Positions 25,316-38,920 of a stretch of 64,000 bases of DNA are shown in pieces. Under the pieces are notes generated by a model. That model saw nothing but the letters and a program-made list of their open reading frames with translations, searched no databases and was not told the DNA's origin. The stretch lies in the NCBI RefSeq assembly GCF_001194135.2, contig NC_069000.1, positions 39,209,720-39,273,719 of the forward strand. Reading direction: 5' to 3'. The position numbers and the translations under genes are program-made. The DNA comes from Octopus bimaculoides. Taxonomy: Eukaryota. Position 1 is the stretch's first letter. Each line of letters starts with the position of its first letter.

Positions 25316-25354
<39 letters not shown>

Positions 25355-26354
25355 GATAAAGATTATGTATGAATAGCAAAATAGGAAGATGTCTATGTCG
25401 CGTACTTTTAAGCAAAATAATTTGTACGTCTGAGCACTCAAGTCGATAATGTAATTTGTAAAATGTGAATGAAGAATTTATAAAGTCACTATGAAAGGAT
25501 ATTTTATGGTTATTCGGAATATATGTGAAGTGATAAAGCAATAATAGGTCTTAAAATATAGCAAACAGCAGGAAAAGAAAGGGGTGAATGTCGAATGATG
25601 TGGCAGAGGAAATAAACCAATCAAACGGCAAAGAAATCATAAACGAAATATCGAAAGCATAAGAAACATTGAGTAAAGCAAAGAAACAAAAACAGAAAGA
25701 AGATAGGATGCAATCACATAACATCGCGTAACAAAATAAAGGGAAAAAAATATCTAGAAAGTGAACAACAATGAAGCAAAAAAAAAGGACTTGTATACAA
25801 AGAGACGAGAAAAGAGACATCAAAGATGAAGAAATGAAAAGCAAAATAACAGAAAGAAGATGGAAATAAAATGAATATGAAATAGGTTAATAAAACGATA
25901 CATTGCAGACTAATGTACTCTAGTGCACCGCAGAACGTTCAGCTGAATCCCACGTGTCTTCATAAAGCCTAAGTGAAGTGATTTATAACCATGATGCGAT
26001 TGGAAAAATGCTATGACTAAAGTTATCTAGCTTATACTGTATTGTCATTTTGTGTGTGTGTTTCTGATTACGTTACATTATAATTGTTGTCAAGAACGAT
26101 CAATTCTTATTTATTACCATGCCATGCTACAAGTTGTCATTTATAGTTCCCAGAAAATGGTCATAATTCTGTATAATTTGGTTTTATATAAAATTAGTGC
26201 ACAGAATAAGAACGTCTCTACGTTGTGTTTCAGTGGATAAATTTCTAATCTAAGGTTATACCATGCGCGCCATAAAAAATACGGGACATCCAAATTGGTG
26301 ATATAATCTTTGAAATACTGGGGTGCAGGCAGCTGCTGATATGATGTAAATAAA

Positions 26355-27402
26355 ACAACTGGTTTCAAATTTTGGCACCAGCGGTGTAAGTTCGAGTGTT
26401 GTACTGGTAATTATTGTATCGACCTTGAAAGAATAAAGGACAAATTGGACCTCACTGGAATGTAAACTTAAGAATTTAAGACGGTCAAAATGCCGCTGGG
26501 CAGTTTTCGTGGCGTGGTCACAATTCTGCTAGCTCTGAGCCTTAATTTAAATAAAAATATTGGTTTCAGACTTTGATGCAAAGAAGAAATTTCTAGTGAG
26601 GAAGTAAACGACTACATATAACCCAAGTGTGAACTGGTACTTAATTTATCGTCCCCGAAATGTTGAAATGAAAAATCAACCTCTGTGGAATTTGAACTAA
26701 GAACGTAAAGCATGAAGAGTCACTAAGAATTCTAGTCTGCATGCTAACGATTGTGCCAAATCGCCACCTTGATGCAAATGAAATTATGCTTCTCTTCTCT
26801 AGGCACAAGGCTCGAACTTTTGGGGCCGGGGTCCAGTCGATTAGATCGACCCCAGTACGCAACTGATACTTGATTTATCGACCCCAAAATGATGAAAGGA
26901 AAAAAGTGCACCTCGGCGGAATTTAAACTCAGAACAAGAAGACAGACGAAATACTGCTAAGCATTTCGTCCGGTGTGCTAACGTTTTTTATTTCTTTATT
27001 GCCCACAAGGGGCTAAACATAGATGGAACAAACAAGGACAGACAAAGGGATTAAATTGATTACATCGACCCCCGTGCGTAAATGGTACTTAAATTATCGA
27101 TCCCGAAAGCATGAAAGGCAAAGTTGACCTCGGCAGAAATTGATCTGAGAACGTAGACAGAAGAAATACCTATTTCGTTATTGCCCCCAAGGGGCTAAAC
27201 ATAGAGAGAACAAACAAGAACAGACGAACGGATTAAGTCGATTACATCGACCCCAGTGCGTAACTGGTACTTAATTTATCGACCCCGATAAATGAAAGGC
27301 AAAGTCGACCTCGGCGGAATTTGAACTCAGAACGTAACGGCAGACGAAATACCGCTTAACATTTCGCCCGGCGTGCTAACGTTTCTGCCAGCTCGCCGCC
27401 TT
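26355..27402 (-). mobile_element. Array of five head-to-tail family A SINE copies
   Basis: Copies at about 26355-26542, 26556-26770, 26789-26987, 26988-27170 and 27171-27402, all on the minus strand, with three different 3' tails. Confidence 0.85.
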
Positions 27403-30400
27403 AATGTAAATGATATTATTAAAAATTCAAATGAACCGCAAGGATACACGACATGGCGTGGAACATAAAGCACTCATTTCCTGGCTAATAAATCGGATTT
27501 GCTTCAGCATGATTCCTTCATAGTATTTTGATCTCATACAAAAATCCGTACACAATACTTTTTTTCCTTAATTCCTTATTTTTATTTCATGAAAGCTATA
27601 TAAACAAGAATAAAACGACAATAACTACTTAACACTTTGATGATTTGTGCAATAAACACCCTCCTTGCCTCATTATAATGCTCATTATGCTTTGATCTGA
27701 AACAAATTTTGTAACAAAAATGCTTTTGTTTTATACTTCTTAAAACGTATTTGCATTTCATTTATTACGTAAAAAGTGAAAGTTGTTAAGGTATACCGCA
27801 TATGGAGATGTCTTGCAGTAAGCATCCTTCATGCCTTGTTCAAATATTATATTATATTTGTAATGATATTACCAGTCCGAGTATGCTAATAGCACGTTCG
27901 TACATGTAAACAAGTCATTCACTGTGTTTTGTCATGGAGGAAATATCTCGCAGTGGACAAACTGTTTAAATAAACACCAAAGAGCTCGTAAATTTTTATT
28001 TACTTCGAAAATTGAAGGCGATTTTTATTCATTAATGTTACAACAATACTAAATCATGATTAAATAAGAAATTCTCCTTAAATACTATTCTCTATGTGAT
28101 ATTCTTAAAACTTGAATCTTACACCCTAACCTTAAAATTTCCCTGTAAACGTTAATCTTTCACAATAAACACTAATCTTTACCCTGAATATAAAATGCTA
28201 ACACTAATCGAAAATTATTTGTTTTGTTTTGAGTAATTCCAAAATTCTTATTTTTCGTATATGTAATTATGGAAAAGCATTCTGGAAAATATTAAAGATG
28301 CTCCACGCTGCGTTTTCTGAAGCAGAATTGACATTAATTAATTATTTTTTAAAAATGTAATATAAATTTATTTCATAATCGGAATTTAATATTATTATAT
28401 AACAGTGATTAGGAATGGTTGGAATATGGGATTTATATTGCATATATTGACCATTGCATATGATTAAATGTATAAATTATTTTTTAATATAGGTTACGAC
28501 ATCGTTGTGTTATTAAGGTTACCAATGCACAGACTCAAGTTCTCAATTGTATTCTACTTATTCTTTGCCGAAGAAAATATAGACACCTACACTGCTACAT
28601 GTTCCTCTTACACTCAACTCTCTCTCTACACACACATAAAGCCCCACTCACGCAAAGCCCTTCCACCATAATGCCACCCAGACCAACAAAGCTCACCAGC
28701 CACATACGTTCAGCCACCAAAACAGAACCTAGATTATATGAATGACACGGTATTTCACTTTCATTTTCAATATAATTTTCTATTGTGAGCGATTGTATGT
28801 TTGTGTTTGTTAACATCCACTTCATGGAAAGCAGAAAATTACTTTTCTCTGTTTATGAATGTTTTCGCAGAAGAATGAAAAGAAAAAATCCTGTCTTCTT
28901 CTAATGCAGATTAAAGTGACGGGATTCCTCCATTTATTGATCGATATACATGTGCTGTTAGTAAACGTGTAAGTGTGCGTGTCTTGACGTCATTTAAAAT
29001 TGCTTTCCTTCTGTGAAAGCCTGAAAGGTAGCTTTCTTTGTAGATGTAGCAAAGATCAATTTGCTTTTTTTTTATTTCTTTCGTTGTCCAATTCTCAGAA
29101 TATGCCGGAAATTATTTTAGGCAAAAGAATAATAGCTTTATATTAATCGAAGCAAGTCACGTCCACGATAGACTGTTTCTTTCAAATCGCAAAATCAGAA
29201 ACACTTCGTTTACAAAATTTGAATTTTAATATTTATAAAGATGATACGTGGAAAATGAGGTTAAAAGACAAAAAAAGAAAGAATTAAAAATATATGTTTA
29301 TTTGAATACTGGATTTAACCATTAGCTAACCGCCAAAGTGAATAATAAGCGTCGAAAATATTTGGAAGTAAGTGGAGTGGAGATCACGGCACATACTACA
29401 GTCCAGGTTTTTACAACAGCATACATATGTGTATATGCATTTGGCAGTTACTCCCAAATGAATATGACTTTTTAACAACATGGACCAAGCTTTCGTTAAT
29501 GGTTTCATGTGGCTACATAAATGCGATGAGACGGAGACTTTCAGTGAAAGGGATCGTGTAGGATATGACACTAATTGAATAGAAAATAACCCTTCACTAT
29601 AGGTTCGATACTTTATTTATTGACTAGCAAATTTTTCGGTGAGAATTATTCTAGCTAGGTGAATAATTATCGTAACGCCTTTTGACTATCCACAATTTCC
29701 AAGAAAAATAACTCGACGGCTATTTATCTAATTAACCCTTAAGCTATATGACTGAAGTTTTTAGTTGCCTACAATTCATATTCTTTCCATCATCATAATA
29801 ATCATCATCATCATCATAATCATCATCATCATTTCGTCATTGTCATCATTGTCGTAATCGGCATTCTCTTCCTTCTCCTGTTAATCATCATCATCATCGT
29901 CATCATCATCATCATGAACATCACCAAGTAAAGCTTCGAGGAATTTACATGACCAATGTTCACAAAATTCAATTTCCCATACGATGTGTAGATTTGCTAC
30001 TCCCATCCGAATGTCATTTGATAATTCCTTGCCACTTGCCTTTGAGCGAAGACAAAGTCTGTTCGAACGAAACTGAAGCAGGATAAGCAGTTTCCAGTGG
30101 AATGAAGTGCGTTTTCCGAAGATAATTTTACATCCTTCCATGGTGACATTCTTACCAGAACATTTCCCAAACAAGACGATGGATGCGCGCTTATTTACCT
30201 ATCTACATATTTACAAACCTTTCATTAAGTCCAGTTGTAAGCGTAAAACTGCCAAACAAATTGTACCACTGCAGGGAATAACTGGGTTTTCAGATTCTTT
30301 AAAAGCTCAGCTTTCCTTGGCATATATCTTGAGACATTTATGCACTTCTAATGTATCGTGAGACTTTTGGGCGTTTCTAATAGATCTTGAGACTTGAGGC

Positions 30401-30532
30401 CAGCGCCTAATATTCAATTGAAACAGTTTCTTTCCCTGTTTTCGAATACAGATTTAACCAGAATGTTACTATATATTATATTTGGATTCATTTAGTTTAT
30501 AGTATTTCAAAAAATAAATAAAATACTGATAC

Positions 30533-30590
<58 letters not shown>

Positions 30591-31566
30591 ACTTTAAATA
30601 GAGCTCAAAATTGATCCGTTGAAAATACTTTATTGTGAGTTTTTTTGCTAAGATTTTTAACAGATACTATATTTTTTACCAAATTTTTTGGTTAAAATAT
30701 ATATATATATAGGCGCAGGAGTGGCTATATATATAGCGTGTGTATGTGAGTTTGTGTGTGTGTTTGTATTCGTAGTTTTCCAACGTTAGAAGCCCTGTCA
30801 GTAAATGCTCATTTCGCAGTATTATTAAAGAATGATTCACCAATAATTTTTCCAATTTTAAGTGAGTGAAAAACCAAAACGAGGATTTTGGAATAATTTT
30901 AAAAAGATAAAGCACGCGTTTAATTATCATAGTTGGAAAGTTTAGTAAACTAACAAATGTCTACAATATAAAAATAAATGTTTATATGTGCCTGGCGTTT
31001 TTTGCCAGGATACAGAAATGCATTCATCACGAAACGCTGTAAGGAAATTATCAAAAATAGAAAGCATCGTATAGAGTGTACTAATTGCCTTCAATTTTTT
31101 TACTATTTATGTAGAGACAATGAAGCAAATGTGATTCATGTACTCAAGTTAAATAATTGATCTCTAGTTTTCTTTACAACGTAAATGAATATTTGTTCTG
31201 CTTATTGGTCTTATTCTTCTGTCTTAATATTTGTCACTAATAAATTATTATATGTACCATACATTAACAAAAGGCCTGTACGAATGTGATGGAAAACTGC
31301 TGAGACTGCAAAATCTTCCATTGAAAATTTATCACCAAGTTTAGAAATTACAATGTCATCTATTCAGAGAACATAACCCCAATTCACAAAGTTATATACA
31401 TATGTAACTTTTTTCTGCAAAATAGGGGTGGCTTATCCCGTTCAGGCAATATTATTAGCATTATCCTGCGTTTGAGAATTTAAAATCACTTCTTTAACTT
31501 TCTAAGACATCTCAACGCCTCTAAAAGCAAACTTCGTTTGTTTGTTTACGTTTATCGTAATTTGAA

Positions 31567-31604
<38 letters not shown>

Positions 31605-31840
31605 CTGTTTTATACACACACACACATATANNNNNNNNNNNNNNNNNNNNNNNNNNNNNNNNNNNNNNNNNNNNNNNNNNNNNNNNNNNNNNNNNNNNNN
31701 NNNNNNNNNNNNNNNNNNNNNNNNNNNNNNNNNNNNNNNNNNNNNNNNNNNNNNNNNNNNNNNNNNNNNNNNNNNNNNNNNNNNNNNNNNNNNNNNNNNN
31801 NNNNNNNNNNNNNNNNNNNNNNNNNNNNNNNNNNNNNNNN

Positions 31841-31871
<31 letters not shown>

Positions 31872-32496
31872 CGTGTATGTGTGCGTGTGTGCTTATGTAA
31901 CTTTCTGCAATAAGAAATGATCTGGGAACAAAGGCAGAATTTGTCACAAGATTTCGAATCCAGAGTTTTGGGGAACAGAAAGGTGTTAAGAGATAAAGTG
32001 TGATGGAATGACAGTACTACGATATATTAATTATTTATATCAACAAATATCTAAGGGAAAATATATACTGACTATGTACATCTACATGCAGGGTCTTCTG
32101 AAATGTATATTTTTTCATTGGAAATCTCTCATTTCCTTAAACTTGCAATTCTCTGCTATGTACGCCACTTTTTTGGGGAAGATAATATATTCACTGAGAT
32201 AATGGCAGAGATTTGCAATGGCCTTCTAGAGAGAGATACGAAGAGAACACATAAAGACCCTCCAGTTACTACATACTACGTTCTCCTTGTCTTCAGCTAT
32301 TCAGACGGTGAATGTGGCTGTTCTCTCACTAAGATTTGATCTCAGAGTACCGACTGTCTGAAGAAAAACGCCTAACTTCCTTTTCATATCTCCAAAGACT
32401 CTTCAAGGAAAGCTATTTTATTAGAACTAGAGAGGAAATTTGAGAGAAAGTATAACATGTATAGTTCGTATTTTGTATTTGTTTTGGTGTGGACTA

Positions 32497-32705
32497 ATGC
32501 AGCGTGCTGGCAGAGTTTGCGTTCCGTGCAACACTTTTCAGGCAATCTATTCACTTTCTGAATTCAAATTTCACCGTGGCTGATTTTGCTTTTCATCCAT
32601 TTTGCATCAGTAAAATAAGAACCGGACCAGTTGTGTACTGGGACCGTTGTTATCGACTTCGTCTCTCCCCCGAAATTGCTGGCATTGTGCCAAAACTTGA
32701 AATAA
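32497..32705 (+). mobile_element. Decayed family A SINE
   Basis: gtgctggcagag...ttcaaatttcaccgtggctgattttgcttttcatcc...gtgccaaaacttgaaa. Confidence 0.65.
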
Positions 32706-33689
32706 ATACACTTCATGTAAACTCGTACTCCAAAACAACTGTTATTGTGTCGCAGAAAGATCATTAAGACAATAATGAACACACACTAGTTCTATTTCAT
32801 TTCTGTATTATTGTTTTTCTGGCTAACTATTTACGCATCTATAACTGACTGATTAATTAAATGAACGATAAATAAGACAACCGATTGATTAGTCGGTTTT
32901 GTAGTTAACCAATTAACGAATGAACAAGAACTGATATAAAACGAATACGTGTGCTTTTTATTGTCAAAATGTTGTTCCTGTAAGAAGACTCATAATTTAT
33001 TCTAACTTTTAACATTGCATTTTTCCCTACAACTGTTTCTCCTGTCACTGCCCTGTTACTGCAAGGGATAAAACTCATACGGTGACATGATGAACCTACT
33101 GTGTGCTAAAGGTTAAAGGAGATTAAAAACTGCGTGTGATTTCGACGGGTGGAACACAAAATGTATAAACTCAAAGAAATTCATAGTGTTTAAATGGAAT
33201 TAGGAATTAACGTCAATTTTGATGCGGGTGGAATTTAGGTAGAGACTTCCATTTAGACATTTTATATTTTCAAACTGTATTTATTCCTTAGTGTTTCGAA
33301 TTCGCTAAGATGCTCACTATAAAGCAGCGAATGAAGTTATTAAAAGACTAAATTCATGCGGTCCAATCCACCGTAATCGGTAATGATGCATGTCAGAAAG
33401 CAGCATTTAAAGCAATTCCGCTGCCAAATCACTTTTTAAAACATTTTTTCTGTAATTTCATTATTAATGCATAAAACTTTGAGCAATTGAGTATTTGTAC
33501 GTCTAAGATATGTACACACACACAAAATAGACGCACATATATATGTGTATGTACCTATTCATACATACACATGTATCCACACATAGCGTCTGTTGCCACT
33601 AATAGCCGCCGCCAATGTGTCACAGCTCTTCTCTCCGATATTCGAAGCTCTGAGTACTATAATGACAAACTTTTACTGTTTGTTCTAAA

Positions 33690-33771
<82 letters not shown>

Positions 33772-34713
33772 NNNNNNNNNNNNNNNNNNNNNNNNNNNNN
33801 NNNNNNNNNNNNNNNNNNNNNNNNNNNNNNNNNNNNNNNNNNNNNNNNNNNNNNNNNNNNNNNNNNNNNNNNNNNNNNNNNNNNNNNNNNNNNNNNNNNN
33901 NNNNNNNNNNNNNNNNNNNNNNNNNNNNNNNNNNNNNNNNNNNNNNNNNNNNNNNNNNNNNNNNNNNNNNNNNNNNNNNNNNNNNNNNNNNNNNNNNNNN
34001 NNNNNNNNNNNNNNNNNNNNNNNNNNNNNNNNNNNNNNNNNNNNNNNNNNNNNNNNNNNNNNNATATATATAGTGAATGTATTTATATGAATAAGTTTTG
34101 ATCTGAATTAAATTTCGCTAGCAAGGAAACGTTCAACTCTGACTTTGGAAGCATACTTTAGGAAAAATTACTTTTTCGCACTCTAAGCAAATTTTGTTAT
34201 GGTTGTTATAAATTTCATGTAGGAATGAGGAGAAAATACGAAAATGTTACAGTTCAATTATATGTATCTTTAAACTCAAAGTACTGACATTTATATTAAG
34301 TTTGATATTCCCTATTGAATTAATTGTCCCTGCAAATAGACTTTATGTGGCAAATGTGTTGATATTTTGAACATATGGCAATACAGCAGTTTAAGGTGCG
34401 TGTGAATTCTATTTGCTGCGGAGTACACCTTTACGTAATTAATGATACAAGTCTACTTATTTAAAAGTCAAATGTGAAATAGTAAAACACTTATAACACA
34501 TAGGTTAAATACTTGATACAATAGAATGGCAAATCTTTATTAGTGTCCCAGAAATGATTGATACTTTTAACAACATAGACAATAAGATATTTTCTTATAA
34601 CTTAAACGAATATATACAGTTTTCATTTCGTAACACTGGCGCTAATTTCTGTCATTCGAAAACATTGACGACAATAAAGACCTGCTCCAGCGTTTTCTAG
34701 AATGAACTTATGA

Positions 34714-35141
34714 TTCTTTCTATGATAGACACAAAGCCTGTCATTTTACTGGGAGGTGCTAGTTTTATTAAATCGACCCCAGTGTGCTAATGTAATGGGC
34801 TACAGAATAGCAAAGATGATCTCGTAGTATGTGAACATAGAACGTGAAGCAGTAGGAAATACGGTTAGGCATTTTCCTGGCATATTAATATTTTCTTCCT
34901 CCTCGCCGCACTCCAATGAAGTAATAATCCTTTCTATTATAGGCACAAGGCATGCAATTTTGGGGAAGGTGATGACCGATTACGTCGATCTCAGCGATCC
35001 AGTGGTACTTGTCCTTCATTGGTCCCCGAAAGGATGAAAAAGCTAAGTCGATCTCAGTACGATCTGAACTCCGAACGAAAGCGGTCAAGATGTCGCTAAG
35101 AACTTTGTCTGATGTGCTAACGGTTTTGTCAGCACGCCATC
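34714..35141 (-). mobile_element. Tandem pair of older family A SINEs
   Basis: Copies at about 34714-34910 and 34928-35141 with ggcacaagg tails and atcgacccc/ggtactt/gaaaggatgaaa domain remnants. Confidence 0.7.
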
Positions 35142-35821
35142 TTTGAATAAACTAATAATAAAATTATTTTTTGAGTTATTAATGCAGGAAGTTATTCTCA
35201 AGTTCCAGTCAGATTTGGAGATATTCGGTCGCTCTATTACTTGGCATTACTTAATATTGTCATTGTCTTCGATTTCCAATAAGGTTAATTTAGCAACTTT
35301 AATGACACTTTCTAATATTGTGGAAGTAATTTCTCTATATTGTGGTGTAAGGTGCCATAAATATTTCCGTTGTCTGTAATCTTTCCATTAACGATCTGCT
35401 AATGTCTAAACTACATGACATTTATTCTTATATAATCAATACCTACGTTAAGCGGTATTGCAGTCTAAGCTGTTATGATCTTACTGGCATTTCAGCCAAA
35501 ATCTTAGATTTTTATCTTAAAATAAATATCTCACAAATAATTCTTTTTTTTTTACATAATTACTTCAGGATGAGGCATATAATATCAGTCGTTATTTTTA
35601 GCTTAATAACGACCCATAAAAATTAGCTACGCTAACGAGTGAAATATCCATCAAATTATTACTTTGAATTATTCCTCAGTTTCAAGCGGTATCTTCGTTA
35701 GTCATCAACTCTCATGCCATCTAATTGTCTTATAATTTGCCAGTTTAACTTTAGTATACACACAAACACAGACACTTAAAAAAACACACACGTACATATA
35801 TATATGTGTATGTGTGTGTGT

Positions 35822-35869
<48 letters not shown>

Positions 35870-35914
35870 ACAAATGAAAATGACACTGACATTTTCATAT
35901 ACTAAAGAGTAAAT

Positions 35915-36250
35915 TTATTCAACAAAATCGTCATCGGCTTCAACTCTTTGGGATCTCCTGTAACTCGGGGCAAGATGTAGGGGTGATGTGGTCGCAGAAA
36001 TTATTTGGCAACCAGGAAATGGTTCTCCTTTTTTGGGGAATAGTCCTGTTGTGTGAAGGGTCTTCCAGCAGCCATCCCCTTGACCCAGGGCAGCACTACC
36101 TCCTCCTAGCACTTAATGTTGGCCTCTCTGTTGAGCCAGAGGTCATGTGGGAAGATGAATGGTGGTAGAAAATCGTCGCCACTAGCGATCATTGCAAACA
36201 CTATGATTTTGACTGGATGTTTGCGTTTTATAATTCTGGGTTATATGTTT
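35915..36250 (-). mobile_element. Decayed DD37D/maT-like transposase, catalytic and C-terminal part
   Basis: Minus reads KHPVKIIVFAMIASGDDFLPPFIFPHDLWLNREANIKC*EEVVLPWVKGMAAGRP..QQD, then WLPNNFCDHITP, then an internal deletion to VEADDDFVE*. Confidence 0.8.
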
Positions 36251-37705
36251 TCAGATTGCACTGTCTGCAGACTGACACCCATATGCTCGGAATGCCAAAC
36301 ACTACAGCATGTTGTTTCCAAACCTCTGCCGGAGTGAATTGCATCATGGTGCTGCTTTTCTCACAGACGGTGCCCAACTGACCCGACAACACTGGGTAGT
36401 CGACAAAACCAAAAAGAAAAATGCGCAGTAGCGAAATAGAAAGTATAAAATTATCACAATTTACCCATCGCACTCTGAATATACATATGAAATTCTATTT
36501 GGCTGTCTGTCTAACTGTCTCTGTATGTACCTACCTGCCAACCTACATACGTGCCTATATATACATACGTATATATAGACATATATACACATATATAAAT
36601 ATATACATACATAAATTCATACATGCATATACACACACATACATGCATAAAAATATGTGGTGTGTAGAGTCAAATATGTCGTCTAAAACAAAGTCGTTCA
36701 CAACACATCTTTCTTAGACGATATGATAAATATCCAATGCATTATCTATTGGCTTCAGTGGAATAAATAAGATTGTCCTCATTTCTACTTTGGAAACATT
36801 AAAGTATTTCAGGCTTTTTCTATCCATATCTGTCATCTGTAGTAATCTGAAGTTATTTGACCCCTCATTTATAGCTATCACCTTTTACATTCTTTTGCTA
36901 TCTGGATATTTTCATTGCCTGGAAACACTAGGAAATTTTCTTGCACTGACAAGATATATTCTACGTTTGATCTTTCATCATTTATCAACTCCTCGATAAT
37001 ATAAATTCTCGAATGTTAATGCTGTTACTTAAAACTTTTATTTAGTCAATCTACCTTTGCGAAGCTCCACGTGATCTTTATGCAAACGAGAGTAAAAAAA
37101 AAATCAGTGTTTAGGGGAATATGTATTCATAAAACATCGCTGATTATTTATATTTATATGTTTTTCTTATGACATTCAGAGAAGTAATGCTCTATGGATG
37201 CTCTGTTTGAACAGACTATACTACAGTAGATACGATGACAGAAATTTTAATGCTAGCTTTTTGGTGCAGAGTTTCTCTCATGATATCTTTAGCACTATAG
37301 TTTGTTCAAACAGACTGGAGATGAAATATTACCTCCCGGTATTAACACTGCCTCTGTTTCCAATATATAAATGGCATTGAATTAAATCAGGATGCAATTT
37401 ATTTCATCCTTGTCTGTACCGATATCTTTGTGAGAAACTTTCAGCTTGGAGGAAACGTTTTTGTCATTTACATCGGTGAATATTTATGTAACCGTGTGAA
37501 ATGTTTGGACGTATATTGTAGTATAAATTTTAATCCATTTTATGCAGGCCACATTTTATTTTATGCTTATCTGCATAGGTATTTATACATTACAATTCAT
37601 ATATTTATATATGTATATATATATAAACTTGTTACAAATATAAAGTGTAGTTTTGTTAAAGTAAATGCATACACACACATATACACATACGTGTGTGTGT
37701 TTGTG

Positions 37706-37805
37706 AAGTCGCATGGCTTAGTGGTTAGGGTGTTTGACTTATTTCACGTTGCTCCAGTCCACTGAGCTGGTAAAAATGAGTAGCACCTGTAACTCACAGG
37801 GACGG
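37706..37805 (+). mobile_element. Family C SINE, internally deleted
   Basis: gcatggcttagtggttagggtg...atttcacgttgctccagtccactgagctggtaaaaatgagtagcacctgta. Confidence 0.7.
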
Positions 37806-38321
37806 ACTTATTTATTGAGAGAAGGTTAATGTTTTCCTAAATGTAAGATCGGAACTATGTTGATAAGTGTCGGGTGACATTACCTGCATTTCAAAGAGGT
37901 TTTTTATTGTTTTGGTTTTTTTTTTTTTTTCAAAGACTGTGTAATGTGATTCTTGCATACATAATTTTCGAAAGATTGGTATTTTCCTGTAATTAGCAAT
38001 CACTTTCGCGATAAAGTATTTGGAACTAATTCAATTAATGTATAGAGAAAAAGTTGTTTTCGATTCTAGGAACCATCAATCCATGTGAAATAATTCAGTT
38101 CTGGGTTAGAATAATCAGTGAAATACCTTTACGCTCTGTTAGCATCTATTTACACCAGTACTGATGTCGAAAGTATATATTCCAGTCCGCTTTCGTAACA
38201 GGTTTTCGATTGTTTTTAAATTCAATTACGCTTAAGTTAGCTTTGTCCCCTACTGCGTCCAAAGCATGTTCACAAGTGTGTCTCAACTGTCTATGGTTGG
38301 TTCTTTTCAGACGCTTATATC

Positions 38322-38513
38322 TTTTTCTACTTTAGGCACAAGGCGCGAAACTTTTGGAGAGGAGTGCCAGTCGATTAGATGGATCACAGTACTTAATTTA
38401 TCGATCCCGAAAGAATCAAAGGCAAAGTCGACCTCAGCGGAATTTGAACTCAGAACGAAAAGACAGGGGAAACGTGCTAACGTTTCAGTTAACGTTTCTG
38501 CCAGGTCGACACC
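38322..38513 (-). mobile_element. Family A SINE (tail type A) with a 16-bp TSD
   Basis: TSD ttcagacgcttatatc at 38306-38321 and 38514-38529; internal deletion in the head. Confidence 0.88.
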
Positions 38514-38715
38514 TTCAGACGCTTATATCGAAACCCGTATCACATACTTTCTGGGCAACATTGTTTTCCTTTCATAAATTCCAAGTTACTCTATTGCCTT
38601 AAAAATAAATGGGAATGTGTATAATATATTATGCATGCACATCAGGGATGCATGCTCTGTGTATAGCATGCGATAGAGGGGAGAGAAAAAAAGGGTTAAT
38701 ATACTATCGTCATAA

Positions 38716-38920
38716 GTCTGCGAGCTGGCAGAAACGTTATCACGCTTAGCGGTATTTCGTCTGTTTTTACCTTGTGAGTTCAAATTCTGCCGAGGTCGAT
38801 TTTGTCTTTTATCCTTTCGGGGTCGATAATTTGAGTACCAGTTGCGTACTTGGGTCGACCTAATCGACTTGCCCCACCTCCCCACAAATTTCGAGCATTG
38901 TGCCAAGAGTAGAAAAGAAT
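38716..38920 (+). mobile_element. Family A SINE (tail type A), full length
   Basis: Matches the family A consensus; degenerate TSD aatatactat(c/t)gt(c/t)at at about 38698 and 38918. Confidence 0.88.

Noticed and set aside
26355-27402. CRISPR-like regularly repeated blocks
   Set aside because: The units are about 200-bp SINE copies with Pol III boxes, there are no unique spacers or cas genes, and the context is eukaryotic.
28150-28210. Telomere-like CCCTAA units
   Set aside because: Only one or two degenerate units; no array.
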